Source: Octopus sinensis
Lineage: Eukaryota
Length of the DNA stretch: 64,000 nt
Direction: 5' to 3'
NCBI RefSeq assembly: GCF_006345805.1
Contig: NC_043002.1
Location: 93,186,001 to 93,250,000 of the forward strand
The position numbers and the translations under genes were made by a program. The notes beneath the pieces were generated by a model. It was not told where the DNA came from. It worked only from the letters and a program-made list of their open reading frames with translations, and did no database searches. This document shows, one piece after another, positions 38,546 to 52,583 of this stretch. Each line of letters begins with the position of its first letter. Position 1 is the first letter of the stretch.

Positions 38546-41440
38546 TATGATTATTGGTGTGTGGTATCAAATGTGAGTAATTCTCAACTGTCTATCTACT
38601 TTATTACTGATGAGTTTCTGTATAACTAATAGTATTTTTGTAGTATAACATAGTTCATTGTTGTAAGCAACAGCACTATAAAACTGTTCTGTGGTTGCTT
38701 ATCCTGTGATACAGTGTTCAAGTCTTTCTATACCCTTGGAGAAAGTAATGGGAAAATTTCTCCAATACATTCTTCACATGAAGACCAGGTCCTCCATCAA
38801 CCCATTCGGGTTACAAAACTAAGTATCACCCAATAAACCCAGTTGAAGATTTCTACTAATATTCTTTGCACTCATGGGGTTTAGATTGTGCAATTAATAT
38901 ATATAATGCTTTAGCATTCAGAGTGCTCTGTCAAATGTAATCCTTATTTATTCACATTATTTTTAATTAATCATAGCTTTGGGATTCCAATGATGTGATT
39001 GCTTATTTTTAGAATGATATTGTAGGGTATGTGTGAGAGGCTAGATATGGCCAGTTTGAACATAAAATGAATAGAACATTTGGGCCTGCCATGGCTGGTT
39101 TAAATGCTAAAGGGTGCATATATGTAATAGAATCATAATAGTAGGAAAAAAAAAACAATAGTTTTGAGATTGCATTGAGGAATGCCTTGAAATTAGGTAG
39201 CAGGAATTTGCTCCTGGTGGGGAATTTTAATGGCTGCAACTGGGAACATCATCATTGTTTAACGTCTGCTTTCCATGCTAGCATGGGTTGGACGATTTGA
39301 CTGAGGTCTGGCAAACCAGATGGCTGCACCAGACTCCAATCTGATCTGGCAGAATTTCTACAGCTGGATGCCTTTCCTAATGCCAATCACTCCGAGAGTG
39401 TAGTGGGTGCTTCTACGTGCCACCAGCACGAGAGCCAGTCAGGCAGTACTGGCAACAGTCATGCTCAAATGCTTTTTATGTGCTACCTGCACAGGAGCCA
39501 GTCCAGTGGCACTGGCAACGACCTCGCTTGAATGTTTTTTCAAGTGCCAGTAAGGCGACGCAGGTAACAATCACGCTCGAATGGTGCTTTTTATGTGCCA
39601 TCGGCATGGAGGCCAGCTTGTTGCTCTGGCAATGATCATACTTGTATGGTACTCTTAGCACTCCACTAGCACAGATGCCAGTCATCGAATTTGATTTTGA
39701 TGAAATTTTGTGCAAGGTTGAAGAAATTGCAAGTTTCCTGAATTTCTGTTTTGCTGCAAAGTAATTTATCATTTGTAATGTAAATTTCAGCCTAAAATGG
39801 TGCTAAAATGGTAGGATCAAGACTAATTTATTTTGGTCTGTTTCAAAAATAAAGAATAACAAATGGTTATGAATATTTTCTAGCCTTGGGGAGGAAACTG
39901 CAGCCATTATAATTTACAAGTTAGGCTGATTTGGGTTGAAAACTGAGAGTAGGAGAAAGAAAGAGGATGTCTCGATGGCAAATGCTAAAGAGACAGCATA
40001 AAAATAAATAGTTGGATTATTGTGGTGGAAAAAAAAACTTGACCAAATTATGGTAGGTGAATCTTGCCTGGACCAAAAGTATTCAGGTTATGTAGCTAAG
40101 GGTAAAGAAGTAAGGTACACAGTTGTATCTTGCATAAACAGAAGCAAATAGGTATAACAATGTCCTTGTGGATATGAAAACACTAAAGTGTCAAGATGAA
40201 CAAGATCACTGGCAATAAGATTAAGTTTAATGTAAAAAATAAATAACACTGAAGCGAAGTAACACCAAATATATAGTGCGTGTGTTTTTATTGGCTAAGC
40301 TGGTAAAATGACCATTCCAAAATACAACAATATATAATAATAGCTGATATAAATGTTGGTTGATTCTTCAGTCACGCTTTACATTGTATAGAGAGAGTTA
40401 ACGTAAAGGGTGCAGGATGAGTGCATATAGTAGGCTTTGTGGCAGACAATGAGTAAAATGCTACTCTCACATCCACTAAGAGAGAAAAAATCAGAGATAG
40501 AGAAAGAAGAGATGTAGTAAATGTTATGGGAGGAGATATACAAACGAGAAATTTTATTTAAGATTATAAATATTTTACTGTTGAAAATTAGTTTTTATTT
40601 CATTATTTTTTTATAAGCACCAATAAATTTGATAAAAGTTACATTATACTTTATGTATGTCATATTTCTGATATTACTCATGGTGGCAAAAGCATATTTA
40701 CTATCATATGACTGGTAACATTCTAGTATTGTATAATGCAAGGTGGAAGCATTGGACAAAAGATATTAAATGATGTCTATAGAATATTATCCAGCTTCAG
40801 CTATATGGTGGAACTCAGTAGCAGATACCTCATAGGAGACATTATATGAAGTAATTAAGGTTTTTATATCAAATCAAGCAAGATGTCTTGGAATCTGGAA
40901 TTGTTATTTGTGGAAACAGTTTGAAAGGCTGAAAATAGTTTTAGCACAATTGGTAAAAACATTACGACAGGATTGTAACAAGAACATTTGTATTGTGACT
41001 CCCATCAATAACATGAAGACAGGGAAAGCTGCTGCAAGAGCTTGTTATTGCAATACAAATAAATACACAACACTGAAATGGTACAAGAATGTGTCATTTG
41101 AAAGTTGTTAATTAGGTGAATAGAGTAAGGAAATTATAGGCACCTCAAATTAATGAAGATACAGAATACAGTTAATTAGATATGACTGAAATATATAGTA
41201 GGTCATAGTACTATAAATAAGTAGATTTCTGATAAGACATCTTGTAAAAGTAGTATTTAACAAGCTTAAATGACTTCAGTTTACTGTTACTGAAGGACTT
41301 TTGATAGGGATCCTTTTTTTTTTTTCATGTGGTTCATAGTGAATTGAAGCTATTTGTATTATATGATTAAAATCAGATTTAGGATAAAAAGCAGAATCAC
41401 TTCAAATTAGGTTCACCTTGGTCCTATCCTTAGAACATGC

Positions 41441-41474
<34 letters not shown>

Positions 41475-42920
41475 TGTGTGTGTGTGTGTGTGTGCATGTA
41501 TGTATGTATATGCATATAAATAACAAAAGACCGTGTTTACTGGTGGCAAGATGTGTGAGAGAAGATCTACTTGCCCACCCAAATATGAGATAACAAATAT
41601 TAAAATTACATATAGTTGTATATACACAGGTATGTATTGCTAGGCATATGTATATATATGTGTGTGTGCATGTCTGTCTGCTTTCTAGTTAGAATTATTG
41701 ACCTCTTTGATAGCCTCTCACCCATCTAACCTTCACAATCCCTGTCACTAATTCATTTGCCTATTGCCCATATCACAAAATCCCCAGGACTTTTGCCTAT
41801 ATCTCTCTTGTTTCCTGTGCCTAAGCAGTTTTTTACTCATTTCTCAACCACTCCTTCCTCTTAATCAATTGCACTGTACTCTGTTGTCAGCATGACTAAT
41901 GACAGAAGTGGAACCCTCTTCTGTGTCATCATAAATTGCACTCACTCGTTCATGCTTTGTACCTCATCTTCAATCCACCATACATTGCATTCATTCACCT
42001 GCACCCATTGCTCATCCCTCAATCACTCTCTCTTCTCAAATCTCACTGTACTATGCTTCAGTGGATCTCTGCTGTTCACCATACATTGGTTCCAGTCAGT
42101 GTAACTAAGAATGCTATTGCCCTTCTCCTGACCCTCTTCTAATTATTCTTATATGCTGCTCTCTAGTACAGGACCCTTCTATTTTACTTTCACTCTACCA
42201 CTACCCTGATCACTCAACCTTTCTAGCCCCGTTTCATCATCTATGTGCAGATGATAATATTGGACCATTTGTTTCCATTTCACTCTACCTTCACCCTCCT
42301 TTCTTGTACTGCCTGTCATTACCTTATGTCACTGCCAGCATACTCTTGTTCTTTTTTCCTCTTCTGTTATCACTGATATTCTGCTATCTCAGTCATGTAA
42401 CTCTGTATATACATATCTATCACAGAATACTGAGCACTCCTATCATTCCATCCTCTATCACACATCCCTCTTGTCACTGTCATTCATGCCTCTACCACTC
42501 ATGCTTCTTACTCTGTGAAGAGGATACAAGTAAGTAGAGAAATGAGGTTGTGAGATCCCTTTAATCATGACAAAGACATGGCTATCTCTGTAGTGTTTGT
42601 GTCACGAAGAAAAGCTCCCAGCACACTTTTTAAAGTATGAGGCTGTGAGGGACCTTTAATCATGTCAAGAACATGACACCTCTCTTGTGCTAATGTTGTG
42701 AAGCTCTCAGTGCACAGTAAAATGACTGGTGTTAGGAAGGGCATCCTGCAGTAGAAACCTAGCCACAAAATAAAACCAAATGAGATAAGGTTCCCTGATC
42801 CATTTAGGAGAGCAGTATCCCTTGAATATGTGTTGACTCTTACCATAACCCGTTCTGTCGATGCCACCATAGAAAACTGATGTAAAATGGTGATGATGAG
42901 GATGGTTTTTATATATATAT

Positions 42921-43210
42921 AATACACGACAGAGTGTAAGCACTCTGAGAGAAAAGTTGGGCATAAGAAGCATCAAATGTGGTGTGCAAGAGAGACAACT
43001 GCGCTGGTATGGCTAATGTGTTACGTATGGATGTGGACAACTGTGTGAGGGAGTGCCACTTCCTAACTGTGAAAGAGGTAGATCCAGGAAGACATGGGAT
43101 GAGGTGGGGAAGCATGACCTTTGAACATTGGGAGTCACTGTGGCAATGACAGGAGACTGAGACCTTTGGAGATATGCTGTGATTGAGAAGACCTGGCAAC
43201 TAAAGTGAGA
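42921..43210 (+). mobile_element. RTE LINE 3' end remnant
   Basis: LREKLGIRSIKCGVQERQLRWYG..RSRKTWDEV..DLWRYAV. Confidence 0.75.
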
Positions 43211-44039
43211 TCACAGCCATGCATGTCCAGCCCAGTTAAGAGTATCCCTGATGCGTTAGGCAATATAATATGCTTGAGAAGACCTGCTGAGTCAAGTAAA
43301 ACCAATATCATAAGCTGTGGCCAGTACCTCCTGACTGGCTTCCATGCTGGTGGCACGTAAAAAGCACTATCCGAATGTGGCTGATGCCAGTACTCCTTGA
43401 CTGGCCCCATACCGGTGGTATGTAAAAAGCACTATCCAAACATGGCCAATGCCAGGCCCACCTGATTGGCTCCTGTGCTGGTGGCACATAAGAAACTCCC
43501 ACTACACTCTCAGAGTGGTTGGCATTAGGAGGGGCATCTAGCTGTAGAAACATTGCCAGATCAGATTGGATCGTGGTGCAGCCATTTGCTCTCCAGACCT
43601 CAGTGAAATCGTCCAACCCATGCCAGCATGGAAAATGGACGTTAAACGATGACGATGATGATGATATATATATATACATACACATGCACATAACATTATT
43701 GATCCCTTAGCTTTTAACACCAATCACCCACCATATTTATTATTAATAGTAAATAATAGCATATTTTCATTAAATAGCTCATTAGCTCATGCCAATAAAA
43801 ATTTTCTGGTAATTTTTGTTTCCTATATGTTAGAGTTTTTTCTCTTTTAAGTGATTGCAATGCATGAGCTATAAAGCTTCATCTTATTAAAGAACACACA
43901 AATATGTGTCTGTATCATTTTATTCCCTTCTACCACCCACCCTTTTCTTCTACCACTTCTATGAAGGATATACATGTCTCCTTCCCCTCACAATTCATTA
44001 CCAGCTCTCACTAGTGTATAAGTATGATGTAGTGTGTGC

Positions 44040-44095
44040 ATGAGTATATATGTTTAAGTATAAGGGCACAAGGCACACACACACACATATATGTG

Positions 44096-44127
<32 letters not shown>

Positions 44128-44181
44128 CCTTGTGCCCTTATACTTAAACATATATACTCATGCGCACACTACATCATACTT

Positions 44182-44229
<48 letters not shown>

Positions 44230-44290
44230 GTGTGTGTGTGTGTGTATTTTATGTTAGATGTGTGGATATGTGAGTGTGTGTATATGTTCA
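44040..44290. repeat. (TA)n/(TG)n/(CA)n microsatellite cluster
   Basis: Direct inspection. Similar clusters at about 23000-23070, 52530-52590 and 54750-55040. Confidence 0.9.
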
Positions 44291-44589
44291 CATGTATATA
44301 AAATATTGGTTGCATGCTTAATTGCACACATACACTCACTGTCACCAGAAGCCACTTGTGCCTAGCTAGAAACACTCACTTTGTCCTTGCCTCTCTCTGC
44401 TTCTCTCTTTATCTTTGCAGGTGTTTATCCTTAAATATTTTGTGGGATTGATGGAACTTGTAGTATATGTTGAGTAATAAGTACTTGTTTCATTGGCTAT
44501 ATGCAAGAACCTACTGCCTGCTGGTAATTGTTTTCAAAAATCATCTTTGCTCTAGATGCTGAAAAGAGTTATCCAACAATCCTTCCACT

Positions 44590-45945
44590 CTTCCCGTCAA
44601 GTCTACAACCTCAGAACTGCTACAATGATAGGTAGGTCTACTAAAATTGTTGAAATGCAAGAATAGAGACATGCAGATGTGTCCTATGTGCAAGAAGTAA
44701 GATGGAGGGAAGCTTCAGTCAGACTCTTCATGGACCAGGAACAAAGTAAAGTATATTTGTAATGGTAACAGTGATATTATGGGTAATGTATGCATACTCC
44801 TTACAGAGAAATCATCATCATCATCATCATCATCATCGTTTAGCAACGCTTTCCATGCTGGCATGGGTTGGACGGTTCAACTGGGGTCTGGGAAGCCAGA
44901 AGGCTGCACCAGGCCCATCTGGCAATGTTTCTACGGCTGGATGCCCTTTCTAACACCAACCACTCCATGAGTGTAGTGGGTGCTTTTTATGTGCCACTGG
45001 CACAGGTGCCAGATGAGGCTGGCAAACGGCTACAATCGGATGGTGCTTTTTACGTGCCACCGGCACGGAGGTCAGTCGGGGTGGCGCTGGTAAAGGCCAC
45101 ATTCGAATGGTTCTTTTATGTGCCACCGGCACTGGTATCACAGCTACAATTTCCATTGATGTTGATCAATAAAGTCATTGAAGTAGTCAAAGTGTTTGAT
45201 AGTATTAGCTAAAGCTAATCTTTGATAAGTCAACACAAACATTTATCTCTGCATCTGGTCCACAAGCTGGACTGGCGGATGAACTGTGTTCTATGAGGTC
45301 CTTTTGCAGGTTAGCTCAATGACAAATAACAACGGCCTTATTATCATTGCTTGTGAATTCAAAGTCATGTTGGGCAGCACTTCAGTGGTGTACATAGAGA
45401 TTCTAGAACTGAGGAAAGAAGAAGGGTGCTGGAGTTCTGTGATGCAGATGACTTGTTGATCTGCAATACTTACTTCACCTGATCACCTATTATTCTGGTC
45501 ATTTCACAGCCATATTAACTACATTTTCATCAGAAATAGGGATATATAGATGCTTGTGAAAGCAAATTCATGCCCTGGTGAAGCAAGTACAACCCAACAT
45601 AAGTTAGTGGTTCAGATTTCGGGCTAGAAGGACTCAGAGACACAAGCCAGTTTGGGAAAGGAAGATACGAAAAATTAAAGATCCATTGAGTGGTTAGAAA
45701 TTTAGAAAAGTAGTAGTTGAAATATTTGATGAAAAAGAAGAGGAGATAAAAATATATAGCATAAAAGGCAACTGGAATTCCTTATGAGACAACCTGCTGA
45801 GGAGTAAAGACCAAATGTGTGACTGGTACAAAGTCCCAGCCAGATTGAGGGTGATGTGGTGGTAGAATAGTGACAGACAGTCATAACAGTGAAAATTAGG
45901 ATTGGAAAGACTGGAAAATGGGAGTAGAAGAGAATTGTATCAGGA
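44590..45945 (+). mobile_element. RTE LINE AP-endonuclease remnant interrupted by a SINE
   Basis: Fragments VQEVRWR, GNVCILLTEK, KVIEVVKV, GPQAGLADE, LEFCDADDLLICNTYF. SINE inserted at about 44813-45165. Confidence 0.75.
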
Positions 45946-46888
45946 AGCTAGGTACAATGGTACAACTCAACACAATGTAGAAGACACCATGCCCAAGGTG
46001 TCAAACAGTAAGATTAAACATGGAACCATGTTACTTCAATGCTAACTTCCTAAAAACAAAACTACGAGTATGTATATGTTTATTTTTGGCTTTTCAAATT
46101 TTTTAAGTTGGCACTTTTAAACCCAACTAGATATACTCAAAAGACTATAAATGGCATTCATAACTATTGACAGGTTAAAAACTGTGAACTTTGGTTTTTC
46201 AGTGTCATTGTTGTAAAAATATTTATTTTATTTCAATCAAAACTCTTAGGTATCAAATAGGCCAAATTGATAGAGCATCCAACAAACTGCCTTGTGCTAT
46301 TTGTTTTGGCTCTTTACATTTTGAGTTGAAATCACATTGAGATCAACATTGCCTTTATCCTTCTAGGTTGGATAAATCAAAGTACTGGTTCAAGTAGAAT
46401 TGTTAAAGAGCTGGACAAAATACTTAGTGGGACTAGTACAAGAAAAGCAGAGAACATTGGAGGTAAGGTGAGAGGAGAAAATTATGACTGGAAATAATTG
46501 TTTCTAATTTAGGCACAGGGCCAATAATTTTAGTAGGAGGGATTTAATTGATTAAATCAACTCTAGTACTAGCTTGGTACTTCATTTTATTAACTCCCAC
46601 AAGACTGAAATACAAAAGTGAGCTCAGAAGGAATTGAACCCAAAAAGTTAAAACTTAGAAGAAACACTGAGATATTTTGTCCGATGTTTTGAGTCTGCCA
46701 GCTTGCTGCTTTATTAAACTAGAAATAATGAACAAAAGATTCCTTTTAACACTATTATTACCAGTCATTTAAAAATAATGTAGCAACTGTATTTGACTGA
46801 CAAAAGTCACAGGCCATTACCTCCCCCCCCCCCACCTGATTAATCCATTAAAGAAAAATTATCATTGCCATCATCATCACTACAATCA

Positions 46889-47731
46889 TATAAGATACAT
46901 TCCTGAAGTTTGAAAGCTTTTTGGGGAGAAGCAGTTCTAACTGTCCTAGATTATGGTAATTTTAATACATCATTACTAGACATCTGATAAGCTGACCTGC
47001 CAAATTTTCAAGTAGAAGGAGATGGCTGTAACAGCACTTTAAACACACCTTACTAAACAGTGTTTGTCACAGCTGTCTAGTTTGTAGAATGCAGTTGAGA
47101 TGTGAGGACAATTTGGAAGTTTGTTGTGCAATAAAATTTTTGTGTTAATCTGGGCAAAAATGCTTTAGAAGCTTATGAAATTCTCCAGACTGAATTTGGA
47201 TTAAACTGCATGAGCCATTTTCTGCTGGCACAAGAAGCCAGATAAAGCAAATCCCTTGGGAAGCTCATGATGATCCCTTTTTTTTCGACAGCAAGGGTAT
47301 CATCCACATCCACTGAGTTCTCTCTGGCTAGATGGTCAACAAAGAGAAGTTTGTGGAGGAAGAGGTTTTGTAGTAAAAAGCCAGAGCACCTGCTCCAGTC
47401 CACAATTCCATCTTGGTAACCAACTACGTGACAAACCTGTCCCTCGCCCTCCATACAGTCCAGACCTTGCTTCCCGTAACTTTTGGTTGTTTCCCAAGCT
47501 GAAGGAGAACTTGAAGGTGAGTCATTTTGAAGACAGTGAGAAGATGAAGGATGCTGTGACTAGAGTCCTGGGTACCTTCCCTTTGAAGGATTTCCATGGG
47601 ATTGGAGTGCTACAAAAAATGCATTGAACTCAGAGAATCTTGCTTCAAAGGAGATTAGAGTTTTGTACTTCTTTGAAATTAATAAATATCTCTTGTGAAA
47701 AAGTTTCAAATCTTCTGGAATGCCACTTGTA
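46889..47731 (+). mobile_element. Internally deleted mariner with both TIRs
   Basis: Degenerate TIRs TAtaagatacattcctgaagtttgaaa and tttcaaatcttctggaatgccacttgTA. Transposase fragments YEILQTEFG, FFDSKGIIH, PPYSPDLA, FWLFPKLKENLK. Confidence 0.75.
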
Positions 47732-48099
47732 ATTATTTTTGCTTTTAGTCATTGGGCTGTAACTATTCTGGGGCACCAACCTCTAAGGATTTAGTCCATC
47801 ATATCAACCCCAGTACTTCTTTGTGGAGATATAGAGGGGTTTTAACTGAGTGTTGTTCAAGAGTAGAAAGAAAAACGTACACATGTTTTGTTAATGTCAA
47901 ATGCAACATTTTACTTTCATTATAATAACAATCCAAGCCAGGAAACATTGAAATGGGATGCAGTATGATTGATCTGAACTATTTTGGCAAATGAGCTTAT
48001 TTGATAAGTAATGAATATCACTAGATGCTGAGTAGATGAACAGAGAACAAATTGTCAATGACTAGGATCAACCAGTCCAGTTAGCAAACTATTGCTATC

Positions 48100-48155
48100 G
48101 TTTGTAGTCATAGCATATGCAGATGATCTCATCTGCATATGCCATGACTACAAAC
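48100..48155. repeat. 27-bp hairpin
   Basis: gtttgtagtcatagcatatgcagatga-TC-tcatctgcatatgccatgactacaaac, one mismatch. Confidence 0.9.
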
Positions 48156-48256
48156 TAGTGAAAGACCAATGTGATTAAAACTCCAGCTAGGCATTCATGC
48201 TGCATTATTTGACTGGGATATCAGGTATGGAAAAGGTGCATTGGTCCAGGCAAGCC

Positions 48257-48320
<64 letters not shown>

Positions 48321-48324
48321 TGAT
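48257..48324. repeat. (GAC)n trinucleotide microsatellite
   Basis: Nearly pure GAC run with GAT interruptions. Confidence 0.95.
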
Positions 48325-48519
48325 GTTGTAAATTCTTATTATTATACTTCACTACACTTTAATTTATTATCTATTTATTTTTCTTCAGATTTTAAATCAT
48401 AGATTTTATTGAGTAAAACAGGAATTCGGTAAAGAATTTTGTTTAGTAAGCATTATTTATACAAACTGTATCCGAATTTCAGATATTTACATGAAAGAGT
48501 CAATATTTAAACTACTGTC

Positions 48520-48722
48520 ATGATGATGATGTTGATGAAGGTAATGATGGTGCTGATGGTGATGATGATGATGAAAACAATGACGATAACAATGATGATG
48601 ATACTGACAATGATGAGAATGACAACAACGATGAGGAAAGTGATAATGACAATAATATAATGGTGGTGGTAGTAGTGCTGGTGGAGATGATGGCGATGAT
48701 GATGATGATGATTATCATCATG
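48520..48722. repeat. Degenerate (GAT)n repeat
   Basis: GAT/GAC/AAT/GGT triplet mosaic. Confidence 0.85.
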
Positions 48723-48972
48723 AAGATTTAAGCCTATTCTCAAAAGAAATAGTCTACAAAGAATTGCTTCATATACTAAAATACACCAAGTATTTTCTTT
48801 TTTAAAAAGAAGGTACTTAAAATAATTGAAAAGATTGGTTGCTCCCACCACACACATTCCAGATTAAAGTTTATAAAAGATAAATTCTTGGATTTGTTTT
48901 TTTCTTTTTTAAACGAAACATCAGGTAGAAAATTGCTAGAAATGGTATTTGTAAAAAAAAAATATGAAGGTA

Positions 48973-49466
48973 GGCATAGGAGTGGCTGTGTGGTTAGTAG
49001 CTTGCTTATGAACTGTATGGTTCCGGGTTCAGTCCCACTGTGTGGTACCTTGGGCAAGTGTCTTCTACTATAGCCTCGGGCTGACCAAAGCCTTGTGAGT
49101 GGATTTGGTAGACGGGAACTGAAAGAAGCCCATCGTATGTCATCATCATCATCATCATTTAACGTCCGCCTTCCATGCTGGCATGGGTTGGACGATTTGA
49201 CTGAGGTCTGGCGAACCAGACTCCAGTATGTATGTATATATATATGTATGTGTGTGTATATGTTTGTGTGTCTGTGTTTGTCCCCCCAACATCACTTGAC
49301 AACCGATGCTGGTGTGTTTACGTCCCCGTCGTTTAGTGGTTTGGCAAAAGAGACTGATAGAATAAGTACTAGGCTTTTCAAAGAATAAGTCCTGGGGTCG
49401 ATTTGTTCGACTAAAGGCGATGCTCCAGCATGGCAGCAGTCAAATGACTGAAACAAGTAAAAGAGA
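48973..49466 (+). mobile_element. Same SINE family, with a short nested retroposon tail
   Basis: Homologous to 60146-60592. Insert at about 49141-49226. Confidence 0.8.
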
Positions 49467-49854
49467 GAGATGTACACAGAAGGTAGGTAATAGACATATA
49501 CTGTACTGAAAATATAATGCTAAAGTTGTTGACATTTCTATGTCTGCTTTGTAGATATAACTGACATTCTGTGTGATCATGTCATGAAATCAAAACAGGG
49601 TGAATGTCCTTGAAACCTTATGACATAGTGAAGGGCAAAATCTAACGCCTGTGAAGATAGCATCAGTATATTACGTATATTGCAATTAATATAGGAGCAT
49701 CCCTATGATAGTTAAAAGCTATGATAATTAACATTATTAATTAATGTTACAGATTATGTTGCTTGTTTTTTTTTTCTCTCTCCTCATTAGTCATTAATAT
49801 TGGCTTTAAAATAATTATGAAATAGAAAAAAAAAGTGTTACCTATAAATAAAAT

Positions 49855-50258
49855 GGATCTTTTTGGTTTGGACGGCAGTTTTTTCTAGCGGTGTCATATG
49901 AAATTGTCACCCATAATTATGACCCTAGTATCGATCTATTGCATTTCAATCTCGGTTAGGGTTAGGGGGAAGGGTATCTTTTTTTCTTCACAAATGTAAA
50001 TAAACCCAATCTGTTTCTTAAACGAGGGACATATTCATATGGCACAGAATGTTTTCACCTCAATAGACATCATTGATTGGTTGAAATTGCAGAAAATGAA
50101 GAAAAATAACAACCAATATCTTACAAACTATAGAATTTTCTGAATAAAGCCAAGAGAAAAAGATGTTTTATAAACACATTCTACCAGTATACGAAGTTTA
50201 AAATTTTTTAGTTACCTAGAAATTATGTTAAAAACTGCCGTTCAAACCGAAAAGATCC
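49855..50258. mobile_element. MITE with GGATC..GATCC TIRs, copy 2 (opposite orientation)
   Basis: Reverse complement of 19951-20360. Perfect 8-bp TSD AATAAAAT (49847-49854 and 50259-50266). Confidence 0.9.
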
Positions 50259-51563
50259 AATAAAATTTCCAGACTGTATGGCTCTGTGGATAGGTACAGG
50301 CATAGCTGTGTAGTAAGAAGTTTGCTTTCCAGGTGCATGGTTTTGGGTTCAGTTGCATTGCATGGTGACTTGAGCAAGTGTTTTGTAATAGAGCCCCAGG
50401 ATAATCAAAATCTTTGGAAAACAGAAACTTGAAAGAAGCTCATCATCATCATCATCATTAATGTTTAACATCCATTTTCCATGCTAGCATGGGTTGGACG
50501 GGTTTTGGTATGGTTTCTACAGCTGGATGTCCTTCCTAACGCCAACCACTTTACAGAGTGTGCTGGGTACTTTTTATGTGCCACCAGCATGAGTGTGCTT
50601 ATGCAGTACCGGCACAAGTGTATTTTATGTGGCACCGGCATGAATGAATTTTACATGGCACTGGCATGAGTGGTTTGTGTGTGTGTGTGTTTATCTCCCT
50701 GTATCTTAATGGATCAGAAAAAGAGACTGATAGAATAAGTACCAGACTTTAAAATAAATAGATACTGGGACCAATTCATTCAACTAGAACCCTTGAAAGC
50801 AGTATCCCAGCATGCTCGCAGTTTAATGAATGAAATAAGTAAAAGATAAAAAATAATTATAAAACATAAACTAATGAAACTGAGTTCTATTTGATATTAA
50901 CCAAAAAATATTTCTATTACATCTTTTTTAGTAAAACTAAATTGCTATTAATATTTTGTGTCATCTGACACAAGATACCTTCCTCCAATGCCTCCATCTC
51001 CTCTCAAAATTCCTTGTCTTGCAAGTTACTTGGTGACCCTGCTGGTACTGTTGCCATGTAAAAAGCATCCACTTCACACTGGAAAGCATCCAGCTGTAAA
51101 AAACATGCCAAAACTGACCTCACCTGTGCTGGTGCCACATAAAAAGCCCTGTCCAGTCTGTGGAGTGTTTGTGTTAGGAAGGGCATCCAACTGTAAAAAC
51201 CATGCCAAAACAGACACAGAAGCCTGGTGTAGTCTTCTGCCTAGACAGCTCCTGTCAAGCTATCCAACCCATGCCAGTATGAAAGGTGAATATTAAATGA
51301 TGATGATGATGATGAAGATGATGATTTTCATGTAACTACCTTGAACAACACAGGCCCCAAGGTGTTGTAAATGCTTGTACTATCTGAACAGAGATTTTGA
51401 TTATTCTAACAAGCTTACCTGGTGTAACAAATTTAAACAGTCAGTAACATTCTAATTGGTTAAATGCCACAACCAGGAATATATTGGTTGCAGGGGCGGA
51501 CTGAGCCATCAGTCAATTGGGCACTGTTTGAGGGCTGGGGCTCTGAGGAGCTCGCACTCTACA

Positions 51564-51934
51564 TACTCTTTTACTCTTTTACTTGTTTCAGTCATTTGAC
51601 TGCGGCCATGCTGGAGCACCACCTTTAGTCGAGCAAATCGACCCCGGGGCTTATTCTTTGTAAGCCCAGTACTTATTCCATCGGTCTCTTTTGCCGAACC
51701 GCTAAGTGACGGGGACGTAAACACGCCAGCATCGGTTGTCAAGCACTGCTATATATATATATACATATATACGACAGGCTTCTTTCAGTTTCCGTCTACC
51801 AAATCCACTCACAAGGTATTGGTCGGCCCGAGGCTATAGCAGAAGACACTTGCCCAAAATGCCACGCAGTGGGACTGAACCCGGAACCATGTGGTTGGTT
51901 AGCAAGCTACTTACCACACAGCCACCCCTGCGCC
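51564..51934 (-). mobile_element. Same SINE family, antisense
   Basis: Reverse complement of the 60146 family. Further antisense copies at about 7262-7660 and 4905-5230. Confidence 0.85.
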
Positions 51935-52423
51935 TATATGTTAACTCTACTAAAATACTTATTCAAAGGGGCCCAGTGAACAGTCATGCCCAAAGGCCCT
52001 TAATACTCTTAGGCCATCCCTGATTGGTTGACAATATAAAAGTATAATTTCTTAATTTCTCTTTTAGAATGTGCCTTGTTTTTTTTTAATTTATGGCCAA
52101 CCAACAGGTAATATGTTTATGTATGTATATTTGTATAGATAGATAGGTAGATTGACAGGTTGGTAGACAGACCGACAGACAGATAGCAGGCTTCTTCAAG
52201 TTTCTATCAACAAAACCCATTTAAAAAGCTTTAATTGGCTCAGGCCTATAGTAGAAAAACTTGTCCAAGATGCTATGCAGTCAGACTAAACCTGAAGCCA
52301 TGTGGCTGCAATGCAAACTTCTTAACCTTACAGCCTCACTTACCTTATATATATATATGTAGGTCCCGGGTTGAGTCGGGGTTAACCACAGTAAATAAGG
52401 TACTCAATACATAGCAGAGTAAA

Positions 52424-52527
52424 TTAATTTATTATATAGAAGGAGCTTCTACAGGACTAGAACTGTTTCATTCTTTTGAATGAAACAGTTCTAGTCCTGT
52501 AGAAGCTCCTTCTATATAATAAATTAA
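52424..52527. repeat. Perfect 50-bp hairpin with TTTT loop
   Basis: Arms 52424-52473 and 52478-52527 are exact reverse complements. Confidence 0.97.
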
Positions 52528-52529
52528 AA

Positions 52530-52583
<54 letters not shown>

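Noticed and set aside
48107-48130. VIAYADDL, a reverse transcriptase YADD motif
   Set aside because: No flanking RT motifs. It lies within the 27-bp hairpin and is probably chance.
48520-48722. Asp/Asn-rich coding-like stretch
   Set aside because: Degenerate (GAT)n repeat without splice signals or a start.
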